Source: the human T2T-CHM13v2.0 reference genome, Homo sapiens. Taken from it: a stretch of 64,000 bases of DNA. The position numbers and the translations under genes were made by a program. This document shows, piece after piece, positions 23,614 through 41,998 of the stretch (position 1 is its first letter; each line of letters begins with the position of its first letter). The notes beneath the pieces are model-generated. The model saw only the letters and a list, made by a program, of their open reading frames with translations. It was not told where the DNA came from and did not search any database. Location: assembly GCA_009914755.4 (NCBI GenBank), contig CP086569.2:16288001-16352000 (forward strand). The letters are read 5' to 3'.

Positions 23614-24083
23614 GTGGTAAGTAAGTTACCTCTTTCTCTGAATTCACACAAGCTCTGTTCATTTAAAAGTGTGTGGCACCTTCCCCTGCTTGTTTCACTG
23701 CTTGCTGTAAATAATGAAATAAAAGATTACATTGTTCATCCATCATATTTTGAATTAAGTTACATTCAATATTTTGCATGGCTTTCACTATATTGAATCA
23801 GAAACAATATTTACTGGCTGTTTAAAAGATTTTAACAGTGTTATCACAGCCATAAGTTCAGCCCTTTGAGCAGAAGCAAAGTCAGTTTGAAAAACTTGCT
23901 ATTGAGGTCCTGCTTTGACCATGTGATTTGGCTGCTCCTGCTTTGCCTTCTGCCATGATTGTAAGCTCCTAGGCTTCCCCCAAATCTGATGGTTCTTCAC
24001 TTTCTATACAGCCTGCATAACTGTGAACCATTTAAACCAATTTTCATACAAATTACCCAGACTCAGGAATTTCTATATAGCAA
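23614..24083 (+). mobile_element. 3' part of the split MST-type MaLR LTR. It contains an additional ~160 bp AT-rich insert of unknown origin at about 23706-23870.
   Basis: gtggtaagtaagttacctctttctctgaattcacacaagctctgttcatttaaaagtgtgtggcaccttcccc continues the MaLR consensus exactly where the 5' half (…ccccttagtggt) stopped. The LTR ends ...gccatgattgtaagctcctaggc...aaattacccagactcaggaatttctatatagcaatacaatatg. Confidence 0.8.
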
Positions 24084-25056
24084 TACAATATGTCCTAACA
24101 CAATCAGGAAATTTTAACATAGTCTGGAGAATTGTCACACCTATGTGAGTCAGGATGCTGACATATTTGTGTTTTACCCTTTGTTCTATTCTCAAGGCCT
24201 GCCATTACCAGATCTAATTCATGAATATATTTTCTTATCCCAGTGTGTAGCAGAAAGACACTGTGATTTCTAGAAAACACTCCAAAACTACATAACAGAG
24301 AGGCTGAGTATGAACAAATCAGAGGTAAGTATGTCACAGGAATAGGCAAAAAAAGTGTTGTCAAAGTCTAAAAATAAAAAACATGTTCCTCTCTTTTAGG
24401 TTTTCTGTAATCTCCATCCAGCTTACTGTCCATGAATAAATACCTGTCTATATACTAGGAGAAGATCCAAACCTACCTGGTTCAAAATTTAACAGTATGG
24501 TTTGCTTGTTTTGGTTGATAAGTGCTGTACTACACTCCTCTGACTGGCTCACTGCTCTTTGCTGCTATATGTCTTATTTCATTTATGCTGTGGATATTGA
24601 AGAACAAAATTGTAATGGTATGAACTAGAATCCAAAAGGACTTAAAATTGACTTTCCCTCTTAAATTAAAATTCAGTCCAGGTTTCCAATGACTGAACAC
24701 AGAGCCCCCTCTGAGACAAATATTCAATAAGTTGGGAACATCCTGGGTTGCACAAGTAAACAAGACATATAACACCGATTAGAACCACAGATGAAAACCC
24801 TTGATAAGCCAGATATCAATCTTGGGTATGCCAAAATTACACATACTCAGAATACAATCCATTTAATTACACAAATGTTGACTGGTACCTACGTAGTGTT
24901 AGACACCAAGAAAAATGTGACAGCAGATACTGAAACAGTAATTACAAGGTTAAATAAATCAGTAGTCAGAAATGATAAGTTCATTAATATATTTTGGAAC
25001 AAATACTAACAAAGAGAAACCTTGCAAAAACATTGATTAAGAATACATCACAATGT

Positions 25057-30812
<5,756 letters not shown>

Positions 30813-33676
30813 AGAATACATCACTATGTAAATCAGAATCTTTTTCTCACCTGAAGACCTATGCATATGTCACCTTCAGCTAACTAATGTTAATGACCTG
30901 TTAGCTAAGAAATGTCCTCTCAGACCCGAAAACAGAAGTTGGGTAGAAGCTATGTTACAAGCCAAGCACAAATTCCAGCAGTATGAGGAGAGAGAAGACA
31001 CGGTGATGACAACATCAAATGATGAGAGGAGCAATGATCTCGTCATTTCCCTGCAACAAATGTTACAAGTTTTTAACACACTGTGAGCACTACCATACTT
31101 TTCCCTATAACCACAAACATACTTTGTGCTTTATATATACAAGATAGAAACTTCCATAGCACTGTGCTGTCACTGGTTCACCTTTACAAATGAGCCTGCA
31201 TGTAAATGCTAGTGCTTTCTTGTGTTTAGGAATGTAAAGGACTGAAATGAATAATTAAGCATAAAATTAAGGGTCTCAGTAATATTACCTCAAATGAGAA
31301 GCATGCTGTAGTGGGCTTAGAAAAAAAGTATTTAAGTATTTGACATATTGCTTCTTGTGGCTGTAAGCTATCATTTTTTACACAAAGAGAAAAAAATAAA
31401 AATTTAAAAATGATTGCTTAAAATAGATCAGTAATGATAATTTAATTGAGTGAACATCTGCAAAGTAAAACTCTTGATTAGCATGTGACATAACTCACAG
31501 GCATTAGCAGTTCTATTTAATAGGTTTGGGAATTGGTCTAAGGATTTTTTCTGATAACCCCTATTTAAATTAAAAAGTCACTCAAAAATGTATTGGTTCA
31601 AAAAGTCTTACTAGTCACACCAACCTGCATGGAGATATATGTCTGTATCAGGGAAAAATTTTGATCCCTGGGATCATAAACTTCTATAAGAAAACAGGAG
31701 TTTTATTCATAGAACACAAAAAATGAGGGCCATGTGAGAACATGTGGAAAAAGGGTCTTTCTCCAAAATTAAAAGACACATACACATACACATAAAAAAG
31801 CAAAAGGCAACTACAGATTGAAGGAAAATATTTAAAATACATACATACACACAGGCACACAGACACCAAAAGGACTTGTATGCAGAATATGTAAGGAACT
31901 GAAATTTACAACTCAGTGATGACACAATCTGCAGGAGAGAGAATAATCGTCTCCCAAATATGTCTCAGTCCTAATTCCCAGAACCTGTGTACGTTAAACT
32001 CCTTGGCAATAGTAAATTTGTAAAAGTAATTAAGAATCTTGAGATGCGGAAGTGATCCTAGATTAATTATCCAGGTAGACTCAATATAATCACAAGGTCC
32101 TTATAAGAGGCGGCCAGTAGGGTGAGAGAGAAGAAGGTGGGAAGAGTGGTCAGAGCCTATGAATGGCAGCCACTTAGGAGATGGGAGTAAGGAAACAGCC
32201 AATCCCCCAAAACTTCTGGAAAGGAATGCAGTCCTGCCAACACCTTGATTTTTAGCAACTTAGACAATTCTGGCCAGAATTGTAAGACAACAATAGATTT
32301 GTATTGTTTTAAGCCACTATTTTTGACAACTGGTTACAGCACTAATAAGAAGCTAAAATAGCAAAAACTCTTTGGGAAGTTTCTTTAATAGTTATCTATA
32401 ACTTTACCATACCATGCCCAGGAGGGAATCAGTCCAGTGCTGCATGTTTACCCAATAAAGAAAAGCGTATGTTTACACAAAGACTTACCAGATATTCATG
32501 ACAATTTTATCTGTAATAGCTAAAAGTTGGAAAGAAGCCAAGACTGTCAATAAGTCAATGGACGTTCATCCTATGATGCAGCCACACAACAGAATAAAAG
32601 ACATAAAAACTATTGGTACAAACAATGATATAAATGAGTTCCCAAATTGTGCTGAGAGAAGCCAGATTAAAAAAAAAAGAAGAAGACATACTGTATGGTT
32701 CTATATAAAATTCTAGGAAATCTGTAATTGCAGAAGCAGAGCAATGGTTCCCTTGGCATGGGGGCAGAGAGAGGCAGGGATTGTAGAGGGCATGAGAAAC
32801 TTCTGGGGGTTGTGGAAATATTTATCATCTGGGTGTGTGAATTGTGTCACGGGTAACTGCATGCCAAAACTGGATGCCAAAACTTTTCACATGGTACACT
32901 TCAAACTTGCAGTTTATTGTACTCCAATTAAACCTCCATAAAGTTGTTTTAAAAAGAAAACCTTACTAGGTTGGGAAAAAAATGAACAGTTACATTACTA
33001 ATACAAATAGCCTTGAATGACAAAAAATACCCAGAGGCAATCACAACGCTAGTAAATGACCCCTGGAATCCAATGTGAGGAAGTCTTCCTGGGACTTCTC
33101 AACCTCCCTTCAGAAAACAACACTCTGCTGAGCCTTCTTAGGGAAGAGGGGACGCCCATGTTTTGGGACTCTTGTCCCCAGCGCCATCCTTTGTGGTGCA
33201 CATATAAGTAGACATGGTATGGTGCCATTCCTTCCATGGGGCTTCAGGGTGCTTTCCCTCCATGCCCAGTCACTGTTGGCTAACAGCAGGTCCCACTCCT
33301 TTAACTCTAATTATGGTGGAGGTAGGATTGAAGGGATAATTTAAGAGCAAGTTACCCTAGTTGACAGAGGGTGACAGCCTGTCCCAAACACAGAGAACAA
33401 GAAGGATCTCAGAGAGAAAAGACCCACAGGTAGGTGGCCAACAGGTATAGGCATATGGGGAGGGGCCTGTGGTCAGTGTGAGGGCTTTCTAACTAGCATG
33501 CAGTATGCCAGGGCACCTTGCAACCATAAGAAGGTTGAATCCCTAGCTTGGGAGAAAAAATAACTATTAATTTGAATTTATAAATTCACAAGAGCTGCCA
33601 GATCTTTTAAGTTAAGCTATCCACCAGAGTGAGTCTTAAATCCTGTAGGTAATGTTGTTAAAAAATAACTTAGCTT

Positions 33677-33965
33677 GGGGCTGTGGCTCATGACTACAAT
33701 CCAAGGCACTTGGGAAACTGTGGCAGGAGGATCATTTGAGACCAGTAGTTTGAGACTAGCCTGGACAATATAGAGATACCCTGTCTCTACAAAAAAAAAT
33801 TAAAAGTTAGCTGAGTGTAGTGGCATACACCTCTGGTCCCAGCTATTTCGGAGGCTGAGGTGAGATAATCACTTGAGCCCATGAGTCAGAGGTTACAGTC
33901 AGCCTAGGTTGTGCCACTGCACTGCACTCTAGCCTGTGCAACAGAGTAAGACTGTCTCCAAAAAC
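33677..33965 (+). mobile_element. Alu SINE
   Basis: ggctgtggctcatgactacaatccaaggcacttgggaaactgtggcaggaggatcatttgagaccag ... ctgcactctagcctgtgcaacagagtaagactgtctcc. Confidence 0.9.
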
Positions 33966-34068
33966 ATATATATATATATATGTGTATATATGTATATATA
34001 TATATATATATATATGTGTATATATATATATATATGTGTGTATATATATATATGTGTATATATATATA

Positions 34069-34112
<44 letters not shown>
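33966..34112. repeat. Compound (TA)n/(TG)n dinucleotide microsatellite, about 145 bp
   Basis: atatatatatatatgtgtatatatgtatatatatatatatatatatatgtgtatatatatatatatatgtgtgtatatat... read directly from the sequence. Confidence 0.95.
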
Positions 34113-35459
34113 GATATATGCATTTGCACAAAAACCGGATAATCATAATAAAGAGGAGAAAACCCAGGATGATACTAAATAATATTGCTATGTATATGCA
34201 TATTTCTCTCCCTTTTTTAAAAGCATATGTTTGGCAGTACGTGACATGTGCAAAAAGAACTTTTAAATTATTTTTTTCTGGTCACAGAGATGAACTGGCT
34301 CTCCCTTCCTGTGCACCTCCTTTCCTTCTCACTATTCCTACATGGATTTTTTTCAAAGCAGAATCTCAGACCATGCAGATGCTTATAAAAGAATGCTTTC
34401 CTGTTTCCTTTAAGAAGGCACAAATATGTGATCAAATAACAGATTGATTTGCTTTGTAACCACCCCTTGCCCCTGTTTTGAATCCAGATTCCCCCATCAA
34501 GAGTTACTCTGTTGAAGTTTTTCTCCAGGGCAAAGAGCTGTCCCAGGCGATTGCTGAGAGTTAGGGATGATTTATAAAGACTTTGCACACATAGCCTGCT
34601 CAGATTCAGATTCTCATCAATGAACTACATGAAACTTTCTCTGAGCAGACTTTCTCCCCAGGTCAAACTCACTTGAGATTATTACTAGAGTTACTTTAAG
34701 AGTTTGTATATATTTCCATTCTCAATCAACATACTTTCAATATTTGAATAAAGATTAATGAACAAAAAAAGTTCTAACGAAGTATTTACAACACAAATTG
34801 TTATGAAGTTTTACTTTATTTTTTGGTTCTGGAAAATATCAAGCCAGGATTGGAAAACTTAAAAATGAAACATTCTTTATCCAGGATTTTTGGGGGGCTC
34901 ATTATCCAATACCCTATTTAAAAACATATCTGGGGATCTTTCTAAAATATGCTAAGTTACTTTAAAGAGAGAAAAAGGACAAGGATGCTGTAATATTTAT
35001 TTTTTATACTTGAAAGCAATGGCTCACAATTCAGCTTTGGTTTTGTCCTTTGGGAAAAAATAAAGACAGTATAATTGTATGTTTTGTTTGTAAATCAAAT
35101 TTTGAACCAAGTGAAATTATAAGTGTTGATGGGAAAACAACATATAAACATGTAATATGTATGACAACAGCAACAGAAAGAGAATTGGAAATGGAACTAT
35201 ATAGGAGCAAAGATTTGTGAGGTACTTAAAATAAGTGGTTAAGAAGTTTATCATAATCCACAGAGCAATCACTAAGAAACAGAGTAAAATGAAGGACAGA
35301 ATAATTAAAATGACACACTAGAAAATATCTAAAGTTAAAAAAGGCAGTAATGAAGAAATAAGGTAACAAGAAAACTTAAGACAGAAAACAACAGCATGCC
35401 ACACCTAAATCCTGTCTTACCAATAATCACACTATATGTAAATAGATTAGAAATTCCAA

Positions 35460-35535
35460 TTAGAGTTTGCACCACTGCACTCTAGCCTTGGCGACAGAGC
35501 AAGACTCCATCTCAAAAAAAAAAAAGAAAACAACA
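35460..35535 (+). mobile_element. Alu 3'-end fragment with an A-rich tail
   Basis: ttgcaccactgcactctagccttggcgacagagcaagactccatctcaaaaaaaaaaaag. Confidence 0.7.
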
Positions 35536-35559
35536 ACAAAAAGAAACAAACAAACAAAA

Positions 35560-36480
35560 AACCCTCCAATTAAAAGGTAGAGATTGGAAAAATGGAAGTA
35601 CCAAAAAAAAGGGACATGATCTAACTATATGATATCCACAACAGAGATACAACTTAGAACAAATGGTGCAAAAGCTTGGAAGTAAAATGATGAAAAGATA
35701 TTCCATGCAAACAATAGCTCAAAGACAGCTGGAGAAGTAACATCAGACAATGCAGACTTAGGACAAACAATTTTACTAAAAAAAAAAAAAATACAACACA
35801 GTTTTAATAGAAACATTTTACAGTAATAAAAAGGTCACTCTATCAAGAAGATGCAACAATTATAAACATAAATGAACGTAACCACAGAGCCCCAAAATAT
35901 AAACAGTAAAAACTGTTATAACTGAAAGGGGACATAGCTGAGTGAACAACAGTAGCTGGCGACTTCAATGCTATACTTTTTGATAAATGGACAGAACAAC
36001 TAGACAGAAGATTAATAAAGAAATATAACACTTGATTTAATCCATTTACACACCGTAAACCAGTAAAACTTGACAGACATCTGTAGAAAATTGACCCAAT
36101 AATAAGAGAATATATATTATTTGTAAGTGCATGTGGAAAATTCTCCAGAACAGGCCATATGCTGGGTCATAAGTCAAGTCTCAATAAGCTTTCAAAGAAA
36201 TGAAATTATACCGGTATTTCCCCAATCAACAATGAAATGAAATTAGAAATCCGTAACAGAAGAAAACTTCAGAAATTCACAAATGATGTGGAAATTAAAC
36301 AATACACTCCTAAAAATTTATAGATCAAAAATGAAATAATGAGGGAAATTTAACAAGATACTTTGAGAAGAATGGAAATGAAATCACAATGTTCCAAATC
36401 TTATAGGATGCAGCAGACGCAATGCTTGGAGGGAAATTATGGCTACAAATGCCTCACTAAAAGAGCATGGTCAGAGCGGT
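35560..36480 (+). mobile_element. Ancient L1 (L1M/L1PB-type) ORF2 endonuclease-domain fragment
   Basis: Translation gives a degraded LINE-1 EN domain pattern (...HTVNQ.NLTDICRKL...ISFQRNEIIPVFPQSTMK.N.KSVTEEN...WKLNNTLL...). It is much more diverged than the two young L1s. Confidence 0.6.
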
Positions 36481-37014
36481 GAAACAGTGCTAGCTTTGAA
36501 GATGAGTCAAGAAATGTAGTAGCCTCTAATAGCTGGAAAATGCAGGAAAAGATTCTCCACTAGAGCCTCCAGAAACAAACGCAGCCCTGCTACCACCTGG
36601 TTTTACCAAGAGGTTGGTAAAAACAGGCCTCAGTTTGTTGAAATTTGTTAGAGAAGCAATAGAAATCCAATGCATTAAGAAATTTTGGCTATTTTTTCCC
36701 TCTAATAGGGCTTCTGTACAATGACTTTCAAACATATATAAAAAACATAAAAATAAACTTTTAAACATTTCATTCACAACCTAAAGTCAATGAGAGGTAT
36801 AGGCAGAGTTTACAGAGCTATGTGTGACAATTCAGCTATAAATAGTTGATGTGAGTTGAGACTGGAGAAAGTTCTATGGCAATCCTCTAATTGAACAGCT
36901 CTGGGCAATTTGCTGCCCATCTTCCTGGAGAGGTTTGCCCAGAAACTTGGGAAAACATTGATCTAGATGGCTTGATCCCTTCCCACAATGAAAAATCTTA
37001 AATTCTTGGGACTA

Positions 37015-37380
37015 TGAGTTTGTTAGGGCTGCCATAATAAAATACCACAGACTGGGTGGTTTAAATAAGAGAAATTGATTTTCTTGCAATTCTGGAGGCT
37101 GGAAGTCTAATATCAGAGTCATTCAGCAAGGTTGGTTTCTCCTAAGGCCTGTCTCCTTTGCTGGCAGACACTGCCCTCCCCTTGTGTCCTCACATGGTTG
37201 TCTGTTGTGTGTCTGTGTACTAACTGCCTCTTATAAGAATGGCAGTCTCATTGGATTAGGACTGCATTTAGCCCTTCAAAGACCTATCTCCAAATATAAT
37301 CACATTCTGAGGTCCTGGGGTTAGGTCTCCACCACATATATTTCAGGGGGACATGACTCAGCCTATGACACTGGCTTACT
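37015..37380 (+). mobile_element. MaLR-type LTR-like repeat (MST/MLT family)
   Basis: gctgccataataaaataccacagactgggtggtttaaataagagaaattgattttcttgcaattctggaggctggaagtc...cttataagaatggcagtctcattggattaggactgcatttagcccttcaaagacctatctccaaatataatcacattctgagg...catgactcagcctatgaca matches a family consensus I recall from memory. Confidence 0.5.
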
Positions 37381-38619
37381 CATCTTTATCTACTCAGTTT
37401 TGTTTTGTTTTATTTTGTTTTAAATAAAAGGCAAGAGCAGTTTGTCAATGGAAGGTGTATCTTAACATGGTGAAGGGATGAAGAAAATCATAAGAAATAA
37501 GGATCAAAATCATTTTTTAAAGAATACATATCTGCATATGTATAAATTCATTTGTGTATCTCAGATTTTACTTATCTAATTCTACCTAGGGTTTCTCAAA
37601 AGAGCCAAAAAGCATAGGGTATGGTTCCTGCTATGCAGAGTGTACCTCTGGTACTCAAAGTAGCAAAGTGGGAGTTATATTGGCAAAAGGAGGCATAGCT
37701 TGCTAACCACAGGCACAGCTCAAGTTACCAAGCCTTCCACACGTGGGGACTCTGAAGGATGAGGAGTCAGAAATGCTCATTCACATTCTCAAAGAGCAAC
37801 TGCCTTTTATTCTACAAGTCCAATTACCAGGGAAGGACAGCTGGTAAGAGAACGCCTTTTCTTTGAACAGTTAGGGGCTCGGCACATACATAATTAAGGC
37901 TAGCTCAGTGTTCTAACTATGTCAGTAATATGGCCTTATGAGTTGTCACTGTCAGTCAGTTGGACAAACTACATGAAAGATATCCAGAATTCAATTAGAT
38001 ATTCTTTCAACAGCTGTACCTGGGACTGTACCTGACCTGAGATGTATAATGAAAGAAGTTAGTAAGAATGGAGGATTCTTGTCAAGTTCAAAGATTATTG
38101 GATTTATGTAAAAAAATGAAAAATCCAATCACCTGCATGGGAATGTAAAGTACCTGGGAGGGGAAGTGTTTTCCTTAATGTCTCCTAACAACCAAATCAT
38201 TTAGAGACATGTTTAAGAAAGGCAAGACCACTGAATACATTTTCTGTGTTACTTATTATTTTATTACTTGTACTCTTTAATTAAATTCAGCCTGTGAGAA
38301 AAATAATTCTATAAATAATCATTTAAATACATACCTGAATTATTAACACTTACAATTTAAGACAATAAGCATGATGTTGAAATATTAAGAAGTTTTGGTT
38401 CATCATTTTTATAAACTTCACTTATTGTGCTTAAGATGATGACTATTTAAAGGGGTTTCATTCATTAATTCAGACAACTGAACTACTCAACAAAGCCATA
38501 AAATATATTAGTTTTATAAGTGTGATTAAACAGTATAAAGGTGAAGTTTATGATAAATTTGTAAAGGGATTGAAACAATGTTATGACTTATGAACAGTGA
38601 CTGTTAACGTTTACTAGAT

Positions 38620-38910
38620 TTTTTGTTTTTGCAGACAGACTCACTCTGTCACCCAGGCTGGAGTGCAGTGGCATGATCTTGGGTTACTGCAACCTCTGCC
38701 TCCTGGGTTCAAGTGATCCTCATGCCTCAGCCTCCCAAGTAGCATGGATTACAGATGTGTACTACCAGATGCAGCTAATTTTTGTATTTTTAGTTGAGAT
38801 GGGATTTCACCATGTTGCCCAGGCTGTCTTGAACCCCTGGGCTCAGGTGATCCATCTGCCTCAGCCTCCAAAAGTGCTGCAATTACAGGAATGAGCCACC
38901 ACACCCAGCC
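38620..38910 (-). mobile_element. Alu SINE, antisense
   Basis: ttttgtttttgcagacagactcactctgtcacccaggctggagtgcagtggcatgatcttgg ... gcaattacaggaatgagccaccacacccagcc. Confidence 0.9.
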
Positions 38911-41164
38911 AACATTTGCTAGATTTATCAGCGAAATAAACAGAAAAAGCTTAGGGAACAAAAAAGTTTTTGAATCTAACTTTAATAGCTTATAAATATT
39001 TAGAATTAAAGTGTAGTGGTGAACTCAGGACACAGGAAGTCCTACAGCAATATTAAGCAGCCACAGTACACCATGCCTGTGTGTGTAAGCTCATCAGAAA
39101 GTGGAGCATGAAAAAGGGCTAGGGACTCAATGGCACCAGCAGCAGAGTCTCTGCCCCGGAGAATTACACTCCTGGGATTCCAAGCTGGTACCCAAACACT
39201 TTCCCATAAGAAATAAGAGATGGTCAGGGACATTCTGAAATGAGAGAGCTCCTCAGGTGCGTAAGGGTTATGTGAATATGGGAGTGGGTATCTAACCTCT
39301 TGTTTTAATATTTCTATCTGGGGAAATGTGTTCTAACTATCAAAGTACTACAAAACAAATTTATCTTAGGTCTTGTGTTTATATTCTAATGTGGATACTA
39401 ATGCATGATTTTGTGAATAAAAATCAGGTACCCTGAGATTTGGTGAAACAATGGGGGCCCAAAATGCTCAACCCATAAATAAGCAGGAATTCATATTTTT
39501 AAATATGAGGTTATAAATCCCCTGCCCAAACCCCCACAATCTCTCTTTTCTATTAGTTACTGTGAGTAAAGTATAGTTGCACTTAAATGCCGCTGGACTG
39601 TGAGCCCCTGCAGGTGAAATTACAAGTTAAAACATAGTCCTCATGGGTGAAGAAAGGTCAGAGCGTACCCTTAGCCTTTGGGCAACCATTGCTTTGAACA
39701 TAATTAGAGAATGCAAGTATACAGGAAAGTGGTGCCAGCATATAGTTAGTTATATCATGGCATTTCATTAACAACATTTGATAACATTTAAAGATCACAG
39801 GGCACATACAAAATGATATGCCTTCTTCCTTTCCATTTTATATCCCCATCCTGGCTGCAGTATGTAGAAAATGAGGGGTGGAAAGAAGGCGATCTAATAT
39901 ATTGGCTCCATCTAGTCCCTGCTCTGTCACGTAACATGTATACATTCATTCAAGGAGATAAAAATTGCCCGAAGTCTCTCTGTCAATACACATGCCATGT
40001 TGGGCTGGTGTTCTGAATGTTGAGACTCCAGCAGTCAACAGAACAGGCCTAGAGCCTGGCATCCATGGAGGACACGTTGTAGGACCCAACATTGCTCAGC
40101 ATTTTGCTGCCATCCCCAAGAGAGTGATGCACAGCTCTTCTCAGGCTCTGAGTTGCGATCATTCTCAGACCTGAGGGGATATTACCTGAAGGCGAGAAGA
40201 ATGGGATGCAAAAACAGTGACCAGTGACCATGACCTAAGGAAGTGCCATTTACTAATTTAGTATTTTATTGTATAATTCCATGAACTTTTATCTTATAAT
40301 ACAATTTTATTCCTTATTCAAAAACACTGACCTTTTAAAGATCTCACATCTGGGCCACAGAACTTCTGTGAAGGCAAAGGAAGGAGCCTCTTAACCCTTC
40401 TTATTACCAGACATGTCATACTCAGGCAGTACACAGCATACAAGGCGCCGTCCAACTCTGAAAAAAAAAAAAAAAAAAAAAGACTGGGAAAGGAAGATGA
40501 TTGTGTGTAAAATATGTGACACGGAGCACCACCACACAAATGGTTAGTTTCCATGTTTATCACCGGCATGGTGAATGGAGTTCAAAATGTATTCCAAAGC
40601 ACTTTCTTTTTACTTCCTTCTATGGAAAATCAACTGTACTTGAAAATCATGGTGCATCCCATGGCTAAATAACTCCAAACCCAGGAGGTGGGACTGGGCC
40701 CTCTACTTCTCCTTGACATTTGTAACCCAGCTGGGACAAGAAAAGGACAAGGGAGTGGAATAAAAGGACTTCAAAGTTGCAAATTCTGCATCCTTACAGT
40801 CAACAGAGATTAAGCTGGAAGTGGCAGGCTTTCGCTCAGGATTGGGGTGGGGATTCAGGTTTTGATGTAGGGTTGGGGGAGGATTTGGAGGCTGACTGAA
40901 GACTAACTAGGGATCCAGAGCTACTCCCTCTGTATCAGAGTTGCATATTCTCTTCCAGGCTACCCTGTGAATTTCTTTCTAACTCCACGTGTTTTTTTTG
41001 TTTGTTTGTTTGTTTTTTTTTTTAAAAAAACAAAAACATGATAGGCATACAGTTAAATTTACATTTCTAGACCCTTCCTAGACCAACTATCCAACTCTGT
41101 GTACATATGTATTCTCATTGAGGAAGGGGACTTAGAAATAATAAGTTTAAATTGGCTTCTAGGG

Positions 41165-41976
<812 letters not shown>

Positions 41977-41980
41977 TTTC

Positions 41981-41998
41981 TGGGAGCTCATCCAGGAT
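41981..41998 (+). promoter_or_regulatory. PBS, tRNA-Pro type (TGGGAGCTCATCCAGGAT, vs canonical TGGGGGCTCGTCCGGGAT)
   Basis: It lies 4 nt after the LTR end ...atcaca. It has three transition mismatches to the MLV-type Pro PBS, two of them at CpG sites. Confidence 0.65.

Noticed and set aside
40449-40481. A(25) homopolymer and the T/A-rich tract at 40988-41035
   Set aside because: These are simple homopolymer runs without adjacent SINE/LINE bodies or TSDs that I could identify. They are probably decayed retroposon tails or replication-slippage products, and not worth a feature call.
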